Source: Octopus sinensis (Eukaryota). Taken from it: DNA of 64,000 nucleotides. Of this stretch, positions 52,448 to 64,000 are shown in pieces. The DNA lies in NCBI RefSeq assembly GCF_006345805.1, contig NC_042999.1, positions 64,542,001-64,606,000 of the forward strand. Direction: 5' to 3'. Position 1 is the first letter of the stretch, and every line of letters starts with the position of its first letter. The position numbers and the translations under genes are program-made. The notes under the pieces are model-generated. The model worked only from the letters and a program-made list of their open reading frames with translations, did no database searches and was not told where the DNA came from.

Positions 52448-53688
52448 TTATATATATATGTATGTATATATGTATATATATGTGTGTGTGTGTGTGTGTG
52501 TGCGTGTGTGTGTGTGTACGTGCGTGTGTGTGTGTGTGAGTGTGTGCATGTGTTTGTGTTTGTCCCCTACACTGCTTGACAGTCGTTGTCGTCTTGCTTA
52601 CGTCCCCGTAACTTAGAGGTTTCCCCACAAGACTACCTGAGAATAAGTACCTGACTTGAACAGAAAATAATTACTAGGGGCGATTTGTCCGATTAAAATC
52701 CCGTCAGGTGGTACTCCAGCAAGGGCACAATCCACCGACAGACACAAAGAAAGCGTAAAGGATAAAGTAGTCCCCGGTGTCAAGGGTGATAAGCATGTGA
52801 TCACAAAGTTGGTTGATCTTGCTTAATGTGGACTAAAGATTGACCAGCGTCGGTAGCAACGACGGCGGCGGAAGGAGCAGCGACGACGATTACAACGACA
52901 ACGAAGTCGCCACCGTCGCCGTCTATGACTATGATGACGACAACGATGACGATGGCTCTTTCGTATTTGCGCATTGTGAAAGGGGTTCTTTGAAAAATGG
53001 CTTATTCTCATGGCTGTCTTACCTATTTTCGTTCTGTTGTTTCACATAGAAGAATACACAAATACACTAAGTGACCGGGATATCGTACACACCCACCGAT
53101 AAATACCAAATAAGTCTATCGGTCCATACATACATACATACATACATACATACATACATACATACATACATACATTCATACATACATACATTCATACATA
53201 CATGCGCACGTACGTATATGCATACATTACATTGAGACATATACACATTCATACATATATATCTAAACACACACATACATACACATACACATGCGTATAC
53301 AAACGCACACACGCATATTCATAGACACAAAATGCACTCGTACATACATGCATAATACATAACGAATATAAAACATAAAAGTGTAAAATAAACCTACATT
53401 AGTATACTTACATCCCTCTCTCCATCGCCTATTATATGTGTGAGTGTGTGTGTGTGTTTGTGTGTGTGTCAATTAGGACGATAGTCTTCGCACACCCCAC
53501 AAATTAATATTATTACACAAATTACATAATTAACTTCAACTCATTAACTCCTTATCTTATTTCGACAGACATCGAACAGATATTTCGGTAAATTACACTT
53601 AAAATACACTTACCGTTAAATATTAGACTGCGTTGAACCTTATAGTTTATACCGAGTGCATAACTTCAATGTGTGTATATAATATATA

Positions 53689-53724
<36 letters not shown>

Positions 53725-53729
<5 letters not shown>

Positions 53730-53953
53730 AAAAACTGTTACTCAGAGTTTCACGTTCTTGTTCGTCGGACAGTTTTGTTTATTCGTTAGCCACTACACAC
53801 ATTTTTCTCTCTCCTTGTTTTTTTCTGTGTCCATTTCTGTAGAAGAGCGTAGGCTCGAAACATAAAAGACTTTCTGTTCCTGAGCGTTATACTAATACAT
53901 CTGTTTGTTTTGTACATCACCTGTCTTCGTCTTTTGTTTTTTTCGTAAACTCT

Positions 53954-53955
<2 letters not shown>
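53725..53955 (+). mobile_element. Penelope-like pseudo-LTR with hammerhead-like motif at 53834-53870
   Basis: uuu-CUGUAGA-a-GAGC-guag-GCUC-GAAA-CAUA-aaag; (TA)n on both sides. Confidence 0.55.
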
Positions 53956-54012
<57 letters not shown>

Positions 54013-54537
54013 GGATAAAATGCTTCGCAGTATTTTTTCCGGCTTTATGTTCTGAATTAAAATTCCGCCGCGGTCGACTTTGCCTTTCGTTCTTTCGCGG
54101 AAGATAAAATAAATACCATTTTTACTACTGCTGTTAATATAATCAACAAGTACCATCCCTCGCAATTTCAGACATTGTAGCTGTAGCACGGTTCTCCATG
54201 AGCATGTGTTTAAAAAAAATTTAGTTACATTTCAAAAACGATAGACAAAAGATGTAGAAGAAAATTACAACCGCAAAACAACTCCATAAAACAGTACGAT
54301 GAAATTATCTTTCACGTTAATTCAAATAACATTGAATAACAATTAAAATAAATAGGAAAACAAAACAAGCAAAAAGCGAACGAATTTATCTGGCAACCAT
54401 ACGCAAATTAAACTTACTTATCTAGAGCAGTTTGTTAAATAGTCAATTTCCTTGGTTGTCAGATCTTTTCCATGGGTTTTAATTAGTGAGGATAGGCTTT
54501 TCATTATCCTAACAGAAAGAAAAACAGAGAAGGGAAA

Positions 54538-54930
54538 TCTCTCTCTATATATAAAACAGAATTTGTGTCTTTCTGTCTGTCTGTTTCCCTAAAACTTGAG
54601 AACTTCACAACCAATTTCATTCAAATTTTACACATGCCTTACTTAAGGTCCGGGGAGTGTCATCGGCAAAAAAAATTAACTTTTTCCCTAGGGCGACCCC
54701 ACAGCAATATCATATCTTCTCCACTATTTCAGTATTACGTGTTAAAAGTGAAACAAAAACATCTCTCTATTGTAATGCAGACATTCACTTTAATACTGAA
54801 ATTATTAAAGTGAAAGTATTATATAACAGGGATGAACCATTAACAGTGGTCATCCATTTTGCTAGAAGAAGATCCGCTATGGTCTTATATGCTATACCAT
54901 TGGTTTTCAATTCATATTAATCAAATTAAT
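54538..54930 (+). mobile_element. Non-autonomous Helitron 5' portion
   Basis: a|tctctctctatatataaaacagaatttgtgtctttctgtctgtc start resembles Helitron starts at 59966 and 62007; 3' end not adjacent. Confidence 0.5.
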
Positions 54931-55439
54931 ATTCAATTTTTCACCCTTATTATGTGTGTGTGTGTATTAGTAATTCGTATAAAATTGCATCAATGACTTG
55001 AACTTGAATAAGTGGTTTCACATAAATGGGGATAAATTAAAAAGGTTTGTTGTTATTATTATTACTGTTTGACTATTGTAATCACATTTGTTGGTTCCTC
55101 GTCAGGGAAACGTTGTTGTGTTGCATTTGTTAAATAAGAAGGGGCTTTGGTTATTGTTTAAAAATTGAATTGTGTCCCTGTTTGGGGAAATTGACAATAT
55201 TTTCACCGTCTTTACGGAAGCATTTTTGTTAAAATGCCTTCGATAGAAGAAAGTCCAAAAATGAATTTCGCTACAGACGTACACTTCTATACAAGAGAGA
55301 GGACAAGATCGAATTGATCGAAATTGCAAGAGACGGGCCTAAAATTCCAGTCTGTTATATATTTTGAGTATTGTTATCACTAGCGATATCATGATATAAC
55401 TTGGACTCCATGAGCTTCTGTGTCAGTGCTGGGAAGAGG

Positions 55440-57097
55440 GTACAGTCCCTCAGGATATGCTGGATGCTAACACCATTATGCTTTACAAAAACAAAGGTGA
55501 CCGTGGTGATTGTAATAATTACCGTGGAATATCTTTTCTAAGCACTGTTGGAAAGGCCTCTGCTCGCATTATCCTGTCCAGGCTGCAACTGCTTGCTTCT
55601 CGAATTTATCCAGAATCGCAGTGTGGCTTTAGAAGAAGCAGACCAACTATTGACATGATATTCTCCATACACCAACTTCAGGAGAAGTCCAGAGAGCAGA
55701 AAATGCCATTATATATGGCCTTCATTGATCTGACAAAGGCCTTTGACTTGGTAAGTAGAAAAAGCCTCTTCATCCTGCTCCAAAAAATCGGATGTCTACC
55801 AAAGCTGCTGAGGATCATCACATCTTTCCATGATGATATGCAAGGCACCATACAGCACAATGGTTCAACATCAGCAGCCTTCCAAATAAAAAATGGGGTA
55901 AAGCAAGGTTGTGTCCTTGCTCCTACATTATTTGGCATCTTCTCGCTGCTGCTGTCACATGTCTTATGACATCAGATGATGGAGTGTTTCTGCACAGTAG
56001 AAGTGACGGGAAACTGTTCAATCTCTCGCGCCTGCGTGCCAAGACCAAAATCAGAAACATCCTGATCAAGGAGATGCTATTTGCTGATGATGCCGCTCTA
56101 GTATCACACACAGAAGAAGCCCTCCAAAGGCTCATCAACTGTTTTGAGCAAGCATGTGGCAACTTTGGCTTATTTATCAACCTCAAGAAGACCAACATCA
56201 TGGGTCAGGCTACATCGACCATCCAAAACATACATATTGGAGACCACAGACTACAGGAGGTGGAGAAGTTTACCTATCTTGGCTCTACCGTCACCTACAA
56301 CCTATCTCTTGATACTGAGCTCAATATACGCATTGGCAAGGCAGCTGCTGTGATGACCCAACTCTCCAAACGGGCATGGGAAAACAATAAGCTGACCAAG
56401 ACCACAAACATGAAGATTTACCAGACATGTGTACTTAGCACTCTACTGTATGGAAGTGAGACTTGGACGCCATACACACGCCTTACGACGCCATACGTCG
56501 CCTAAATATCTTTCACCTGCGCTGCCTCCGGAAAATCCTTCGCATCAAATGGCAGAATCATGTCCCCAACAAAGATGTCCTCAAACAAGCAGGAATACCA
56601 AGCATGTTTACACTCCTCACACAAAGACGTATGAGATGGCTTGAGCATGTTAGCCGTATGGAAGATGGAAGAATCCCCAAGGACATACTCTACGGAGAGC
56701 TTGCTAGGGGCAATAGGTCTGTGGGAAGACCGTTCTTACGATACAAGGATGTTTGCAAAAGGGACATGAATGCCTGCAACATCAATATTAGCAACTGGGA
56801 AGCAGTTGCCAGCAACCGTGGAGATTAGCGACGTACAGTAACAGAGGGAACACAAAGGAGTGACATAGAGAGAAGAAATGGAAAGACAAGAAAAGACGTC
56901 AACAAGAAAGTATGACATTACAACCAGCCAGGCAAAGTCTTCGCTACATTTGCGGCACCTGCCAGAGGGAGTGTTTGTCCAGGATAGGACTACACAGCCA
57001 TAGCAGGAGATGTATTAGAACATGAACTGTAAAAGCTGGACTAGATTATTTTATGCGCAACTCCATTGTCTCCCGAGACAAAAAGGATGCCAACAAC
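55440..57097 (+). mobile_element. 5'-truncated RTE (BovB-like) LINE with frameshifts
   Basis: LYKNKGDRGDCNNYRGIS, PESQCGFR, FIDLTKAFD, GVKQGCVLAPTLF, LFADDAAL, FTYLGS, LLYGSETW, terminal CGTCQRECLSRIGLHSH; 3' ccattgtctcccgagacaaaaaggatgcc. Confidence 0.95.
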
Positions 57098-57382
57098 TAT
57101 ATATATGGATTTCATAGACAGGAACTGAAACAAATCAATCCTATATATATATGTATATATGTAAGTGTATGTGTGTGTTTTTATGTCTGTGTTTCGCCCT
57201 CATCACTGCTTCACTGCTGCTGTTCATTTATTTACATCCACAAAACTTACTGGTTTCACAAGAACAAACTAATAGAATAAGTACTAGGCTTATCAACATA
57301 AAAAAAGCACTAGGCTGTGTCTCATATTTTTGTTTGCCCACTCAGTTGAATCTATCAATTCATCTTTGTATGTGTGTGTGTA

Positions 57383-57469
<87 letters not shown>

Positions 57470-57479
57470 ATATATATAT

Positions 57480-58508
57480 ATATAACACCCTAGTGGGAGC
57501 CTTAACTCCCAAATTTTAGTCATTTCTTTTATGATCCAAAACTAGGTCAAAAGTACAGAATGGATCTTTATGAAAATTGGAAATTATATTCTAAGCATAA
57601 GGGCCATAACCCCCATGACAATTCATATATTTTTGCTGTTGATGAAATTTTAACCATAGGTATTAGACACAAATGAAGTAATATTTATAAAATTTCATCT
57701 TCTTACAAAGTTAGAAAAACCCCTCCATGGGGACTTAACACCCACAATTTTGTCATTTTATCTAAGCAAAAACGAATACAGTTGCGCTCTTGGAAGCTGT
57801 AGGGTTACCCGAGCATAAAAGTTGGGCATTATTTTTAATTCAATGGTACAACAGTGTAACAGTTTCCTTTGACATACACTTACATTGTATTTAGTAAATG
57901 AGAGGCATCTTTTTCTCCACTGATTCAGTTGCAAAGTGTTGAGTAAAGTTATTTGATTGAAGATCTCCTTTCAGTCTTTTTATCATCACTCGGTCACACA
58001 TAGTCCCCAGATGGTAACATTGATTACAAGACCTTCCCAGATGAGTGACTGGTTATTCAAAGACATTTATAGATTTTAAATTCATTCTGTCCAGTTACGT
58101 ATCAGTATAGTGGTCATTTGCAAACTCCAGAGGTGACACTTTAATTTCTCCTAAGCCCTCACGTCACACAGTTGTTAATGTTGATTTCAGTTGGGTCACG
58201 CCATTCCAACTGCTATAGATTCGTAATGCATCTTACGGCTGTGCCTGTCACCTGGATGGTGAGGAATCCTACATTGGGAGTGGTAACGACTATGGTAGGG
58301 TAACTGACTGCTTATTGTGATCATTCGTCTTTTGGTTTCCATGTGGCACGATTACAATTTTTTTAGGGTGTGTAAAGAGGGAAATAACCCTCATCTGCAA
58401 TTTTGATGAAATTCGAAACATAGATATTCCAGTTCATTCAGAAAATATAACAGAAAAGTCTAATTCTTTAATTGAATGTAACCGGGCAACGCCGGGTATC
58501 TCTGCTAG
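57480..58508 (+). mobile_element. Helitron 3' portion
   Basis: Subterminal hairpin ccgggcaacgccggg (58482-58496) then CTAG|t at 58505-58508; left boundary approximate. Confidence 0.6.
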
Positions 58509-59153
58509 TATGTCTATAAAATAAATATATGTGTGTATGGATATATATATATCTACCTATCTCTCTCTGGAACTGGCCAGATTGGAGCAATCTCAAGATT
58601 TATCAGCCGAAATTGCGAGGTTGATCAGGTTCTTGACTGAGGATAGAAAGCTTCAAATGACCCGTCCGTGTTTTTTTTTGTATCGTCTATCTGTATGTTT
58701 TATTGTCCCTTTTTGTATCACCTAGTTGTCCGGATGTTTTGCGTTCTTGTCCCATTTTGTATTATATATGTATATATATATATATATATATAGCGGCGTA
58801 CGTACATTTTGTTCTCTTATATATGGCGTCTATATGTACATATACTTGTGTGTGTGTATGTGTGTATATGTATATATATGTATATATGTATTTATGTATG
58901 CTTATATGTATATGTACATATCTATGCATCTATATTTACATACGCGCGTGTGTGTGTATACACAAACATACATTATGTGGGTGATATTTCCAACCGAGAT
59001 GTTGTATCTTATTCTTCAAGTTCTTCAATTCTGTGTATGTACCTATATTTACTAGATTGCTGACAATTATGATTAGTTTTCTCCATTGTGCTGACGTGCC
59101 ATTTTTTATCATTAATAAAACTGTCGGCATTTTCATCGACATGGATATGCTAG

Positions 59154-59185
<32 letters not shown>

Positions 59186-59230
59186 TGTATGTATGTATGT
59201 ATGTATGTATGTATGTATGTATGTATTATG

Positions 59231-59278
<48 letters not shown>

Positions 59279-59596
59279 GGTGTGTGTGTGCGTGTGTGTA
59301 TTAAATTCAAATTATGATGAACGTAAACAGACAAACGAAGTTTGCTTTTAGAAGCATTGAGATGTCTTACAAAGTTAAAGAAGTGATTTTAAATTCTCAA
59401 ACGCAGTATAATGCTTATATTATAGTCTGAACAGGATATGCCACCCCTTTAGACGATATTCCAATATGATATTCAGCAGGATTCTTAACAAGTCTAAAAC
59501 TCAAACATTCTGGTACTTTCTCTGATATTCTGATTGTCTCTTCACAATTTCTTTCCTCTCTCCTTTCACTCTCTCCCTCTCTCACCCTCTCTCGCT

Positions 59597-59963
59597 CTGT
59601 GGCAAGTAGCTTGCTTACCAATGACATGGTTCCGTGATCAGTTCCACTGCGTGGCACCTTGGGAAAGTATCTTCTACTATAGCCTCGGGCTGACCGAAAG
59701 CCTTGCGAGTGGTTTTGGTAGACGGAAACGGAAAGAAGCCCGTCGTATATATATGTGTATATGTGTGTGTGTGTTTTGTATATGCTTGTGTGTCTGTGTT
59801 TCTCCCCCGCTATCACTTGACAACCAATGTTGGTGTGTTTACATCCCCATCGGCAAAAGCGACCAAAAGAATAAGTACTACGCTTACATAGAATAAGTCC
59901 TGGGGGCGATTTGTTCAACAAAAGGTGGTGCTCCAGCATGGCCGCAGTCAAATGGCTGAAACA
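59597..59963 (+). mobile_element. SINE family B, sense orientation
   Basis: tgtggcaagtagcttgcttacc...ggtggtgctccagcatggccgcagtcaaatggctgaaac. Confidence 0.88.
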
Positions 59964-59965
59964 AA

Positions 59966-60343
59966 TCTCTTATTATAAAAGGCAGATTTTATCTGCCTCC
60001 CTTTGTATCTTATAGAAATCTACAATATAGGATTTCTTCAATTACAATTTACCTAGCATTTTAAAGAGTAGAATGCATCGGGTCGTGCCAGGTCCAGTTT
60101 TTAAAATTTCAACCCCAATTAAGCAAAATTTACAGAAAACTCACATTGTGGTGTATAAGTCAAATGCTTCTCTTAGTGTGGCCTACACCACACGCACACG
60201 CACACACACAGTGTGCAACGAATAAGGTGAAAGTAATTCACTTTTTGTAGTGAGTGACTCTTTCACTCTGCCACTTCCTCTTTACACACATAGACACGCA
60301 AATATATAAATAAAATTGTAAGCTAACGTGTGTGTGTGTGTGT

Positions 60344-60374
<31 letters not shown>

Positions 60375-60460
60375 CGTGTGTGGTGTGTGTGTGTGTGCGT
60401 GTGTGTGTGTGTGAGGGTGCGTGTGTGTGTGTGTGTGCGTGTGCGTGAGTGTGTGACAGG
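59966..60460 (+). mobile_element. Helitron 5' portion
   Basis: a|tctcttattataaaaggcag start of Helitron type; no own CTAG end before the satellite. Confidence 0.45.
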
Positions 60461-61133
60461 AAAGTTTTTTAGGACGAATATAAGACCTATATCCAAGTAG
60501 CAGAAAGATCGCCCAAAAGTGTATATAGATATTTAAATGTATTTATATATTCATCTATACACAGATGTATGTATAATGTGTGTGTATATATTTCCATAGA
60601 GGTAACCTTTCACTCCATACAAAGTTTTTTAGGACGAATATAAGATCTAAAGTATATACAACTAGCAGAAAGATCGCCCAAAAGTGTATATAGATATTTA
60701 AATGTATTTATATATTCATCTATACACAGATGTATGTATAATGTGTGTATATATTTCCATACACGTAACCATTCACTCCGCACAAAGTTTTTTAGGACGA
60801 ATATAAGATCTAAAGTTATCTCTAAGTAGCACAAAGATCGCCCAAAAGTGTATATAGATATATAAATGTATTTATATATTCATCTATGCACACATGTATG
60901 TATAACGTGTGTGTATATATTTCCATAGAGGTAACCATTCACTCCATACAAAGTTTTTTAGGACGAAAATAAGATCTAAAGTTATCTCTAGGAAACAGAA
61001 AGATCGCCCAAAAGTGTATATAGATATTTAAATGTATTTATATATTCATCATACACACATGTATGTATAATGTGCGTGTATATATTTCCATAAGGTAACC
61101 ATTCAATCCATACAAAGTTTTTTAGGACGAAAA
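60461..61133 (+). repeat. Tandem satellite, 160-166-bp unit, 4 full copies plus a partial fifth
   Basis: aaagttttttaggacga at 60461, 60621, 60784, 60950, 61114. Confidence 0.95.
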
Positions 61134-61134
61134 T

Positions 61135-61978
61135 ATTTATACATAAAAGAAAGGTTGTGTGTCTGTCTACTCCGATTTAGATTCCTAACTACTCCCACAT
61201 TTTGCGATGCAGTTTAACCAAAACCGGGTATCTTATAGTCGTGATTCATATCGAGCCTTCTAGGTATTAGCGCGCGTCTACGATGAGTCTATGATTTTAC
61301 AAATAATTTACCATCATTTTTTTCCATTTTAATGCATATTTTTTTAAATAAAGGGAAGTAACTCTCAAACTTCACACCAATATGCGTGCTCATATGCGAC
61401 GTAATATCACATCAGCAGCATTTCCTCACACCCTCCTTGCACTTGGCGAAGGCAAAATACCAGGGGATGAAAATGGTAATATTGCCATTGATTCCATTGT
61501 ACCATTGTTAAGACGCCTTCTGATCTCAGAGATGCAGTGTTCCCAGATCTACAAGCTAATTATCAGAATATGGATTGGATTGGCAAAAAGGCTATACTGG
61601 CCCCGAGGAATAAAACTGTTCACCATATTAATGATGAAATGCTAAAACTCATTCCTGGGGAAGTCTATGTATATCAGTCTATCGATACAACTCCTGACCC
61701 AGAGGACGTCATCAACTATCCAATAGAGGTACTCAATTCCTTTGAGCACCCCGAACTACCACCACACTTTCTCAAACTTAAAGTTGGTGCCCCTATAATG
61801 CTCATCAGAAATTTGGTTCCCCCAAAACAATGCAATGGCACACGTTTGATCGTTAAGTCCTTATCTCCCACCGTAAGCTTATATCAATATTTGCCTGAAT
61901 AATCATCATAATTCAGTGCAATCATTAACAGTACTTTCAAGCAATTCAGCCCCGAGCAACGCCGGGCAATTCTGCTAG
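61135..61978 (+). mobile_element. Internally deleted Helitron with PIF1-type helicase fragment
   Basis: NMRAH..LLALGEGKIP (61382), AILAPRN, YPIEVLNSF, LPPHFLKLKVGAPIMLIRNL, CNGTRLIV (61537..61902); hairpin cccgagcaacgccggg then CTAG|t. Confidence 0.9.
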
Positions 61979-62006
61979 TAAAAGAATAAAAGAGTAAATG
62001 AAAGAA

Positions 62007-62217
62007 TCTCTATATATATCAACGGCAAAATGTCTGCGTGCGTGTCCTTTATACAAATCCACAATTTTTCAGTTAGAGGGCTCGCACTTTCTATGGTCAT
62101 TGAAAACCGTCCAAGGAAGGTCGTGCACATCTTTACATTTCCCCAGTCACCCTGCAAAGCCATTAAAAAATCAATAGAAGTGACTTTTTTGTGAATTTTG
62201 CCGGGTCATAGTGCTAG
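62007..62217 (+). mobile_element. Short non-autonomous Helitron
   Basis: a|TC ... CTAG|t, the canonical AT insertion; hairpin partly deleted (gccggg remains). Confidence 0.7.
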
Positions 62218-62271
<54 letters not shown>

Positions 62272-62854
62272 GTATATACGCATATACATATATTTAATAT
62301 CTATATATGTATATATGTATATGTATAATTATATTTATACAGGTATATCTGTTTGACTGTGAATGTTTGAGAGAGAGAGAGAGAGAGAGAAGGAGTGTGT
62401 GCGTGTGTGTGTGTGTGCATATGAGTGCATGTGTGTATAATTGTATCTATTACACACATGCATATATACAGATACATATACACGCTTATATGTAATTGCG
62501 TTACATATTTTGTGAGCGTGATGCAGCCAATGTTGTCTCACTCATGCTCTCACACACACATAGTCACACACACACGCACACGTACTATCGCACACACACA
62601 CACACGTAAACGCACACGCATACACACACATGCACGCACGTACACACATGCACGCACGCACACATGCGCACACTCACTCACACCCTGAGACAGACGCACG
62701 GGTGCAGAAGCAAAGCGACCCGTCTCATACATTCGTATACCCATATGCACACACTAACGCCATCGAAATGTGTACGGTTCCATATTTTGCAAGTTATGTA
62801 TTTATAACAATTCTGCACTTCTCGAATAATCCAGCATCTCAGCTAAGTAAATAT

Positions 62855-62895
<41 letters not shown>

Positions 62896-62974
62896 ACAGA
62901 CACATACACTCAGACATAGACACACACACAGTGACACAGCCAGACACACACACATGCATGCCAACACATATATG

Positions 62975-63020
<46 letters not shown>

Positions 63021-63027
63021 GATATAT

Positions 63028-63063
<36 letters not shown>

Positions 63064-63236
63064 GATAATATATATAGACAGTCATATGGATATGTATATA
63101 TGTTTATATATATAATCTTACATACATAGAAGTATAATATATAGGTATATATATATACCTAATATATATACATTTATAACGCATACACACACAAATGGAT
63201 ATATATATATACAAACGCAATATGCATATATACATA

Positions 63237-63277
<41 letters not shown>

Positions 63278-63461
63278 ATATAAATAATATATATATATAT
63301 ATACACATACATACACATCCTACACACACAGACTCTCTCTCTCTCTCACACGCACACATAGACACACGCAAACGGATATATATATATATATAAATGCAAT
63401 GTGAATATACATATATATATATACACACACATATACATACACACCCTGCGCACACACAGAC

Positions 63462-63502
<41 letters not shown>

Positions 63503-64000
63503 TTGAAATACAAAACCAACAGCAACAATAAAGCGCCATCTACAAACCAACGAACGAAGCTAATTCCATAAAATCGTCGGCCAGATGCAGTGTTAGCGTG
63601 AAGAACTTATCAGCCCATTTATTCAGGTTCTCAGTGCAGAATAACATCAGACAAAAATGCCAGTGTTTCGCTGTTATTATTATTAATTTTTTTTTTGTTT
63701 TAATCACTGGCAAGTTAAATATTCTTTATATTTTATGTCGAAGAAATTTTGATATTTTAGAGATGTTCTTGAGATATTTTCATGGGTAGTTACAATTTTG
63801 AAGATATTTCGTTTAAGTGAAAACAAAGCGAAAATTTTGTATAATTCCTTTATGAATAATTAAAAGCATTTTGTGTATGTTACATGTGTGTGTGTGTGTG
63901 TGTCTGTCTGTCTGTGTGCTTATGTATAGCATATACATATAACATGCATATATGTTGACTTAAGACGAGCAGCCTTCAGCATTTTGTATTCAAAGGCGTT

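Noticed and set aside
54538-58508. A single 4-kb Helitron that captured the RTE LINE
   Set aside because: The 5' start and 3' CTAG end cannot be shown to belong together; the interval holds unrelated repeats
62301-63539. Numerous YI/HT/CV-rich ORFs here and across the window
   Set aside because: Translations of (TA)n, (CA)n, (TATG)n and (TATC)n microsatellites

Overview
AT-rich eukaryotic (metazoan) DNA made almost entirely of transposable-element remnants and microsatellites; no complete gene, rRNA, true tRNA gene or CRISPR array is visible. The SINE/microsatellite landscape resembles an octopus-like cephalopod genome (inference from recalled repeat families, not verified). Recognisable elements: two R4/Dong-like RLE retrotransposon lineages, a CR1-group LINE, an RTE LINE plus an RTE 5'-UTR-only derivative, Penelope-like fragments with minimal hammerhead motifs, Tc1/mariner elements (D34D, D37D-like, D41D), hAT remnants, Helitrons, an internally deleted Helentron retaining an APE endonuclease remnant, several tRNA-derived SINE families and MITEs. 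One candidate host exon lies on the minus strand (27097-27671). Most interesting: an R4/Dong lineage bounded by (CATA)n, SINE concatemers with one fixed junction, a hammerhead family with a recurrent non-canonical core base, and fold-back palindromes next to (TA)n tracts. Most ORF-track entries are microsatellite artefacts. Boundaries of degraded repeats are approximate and family labels A-E are my own.
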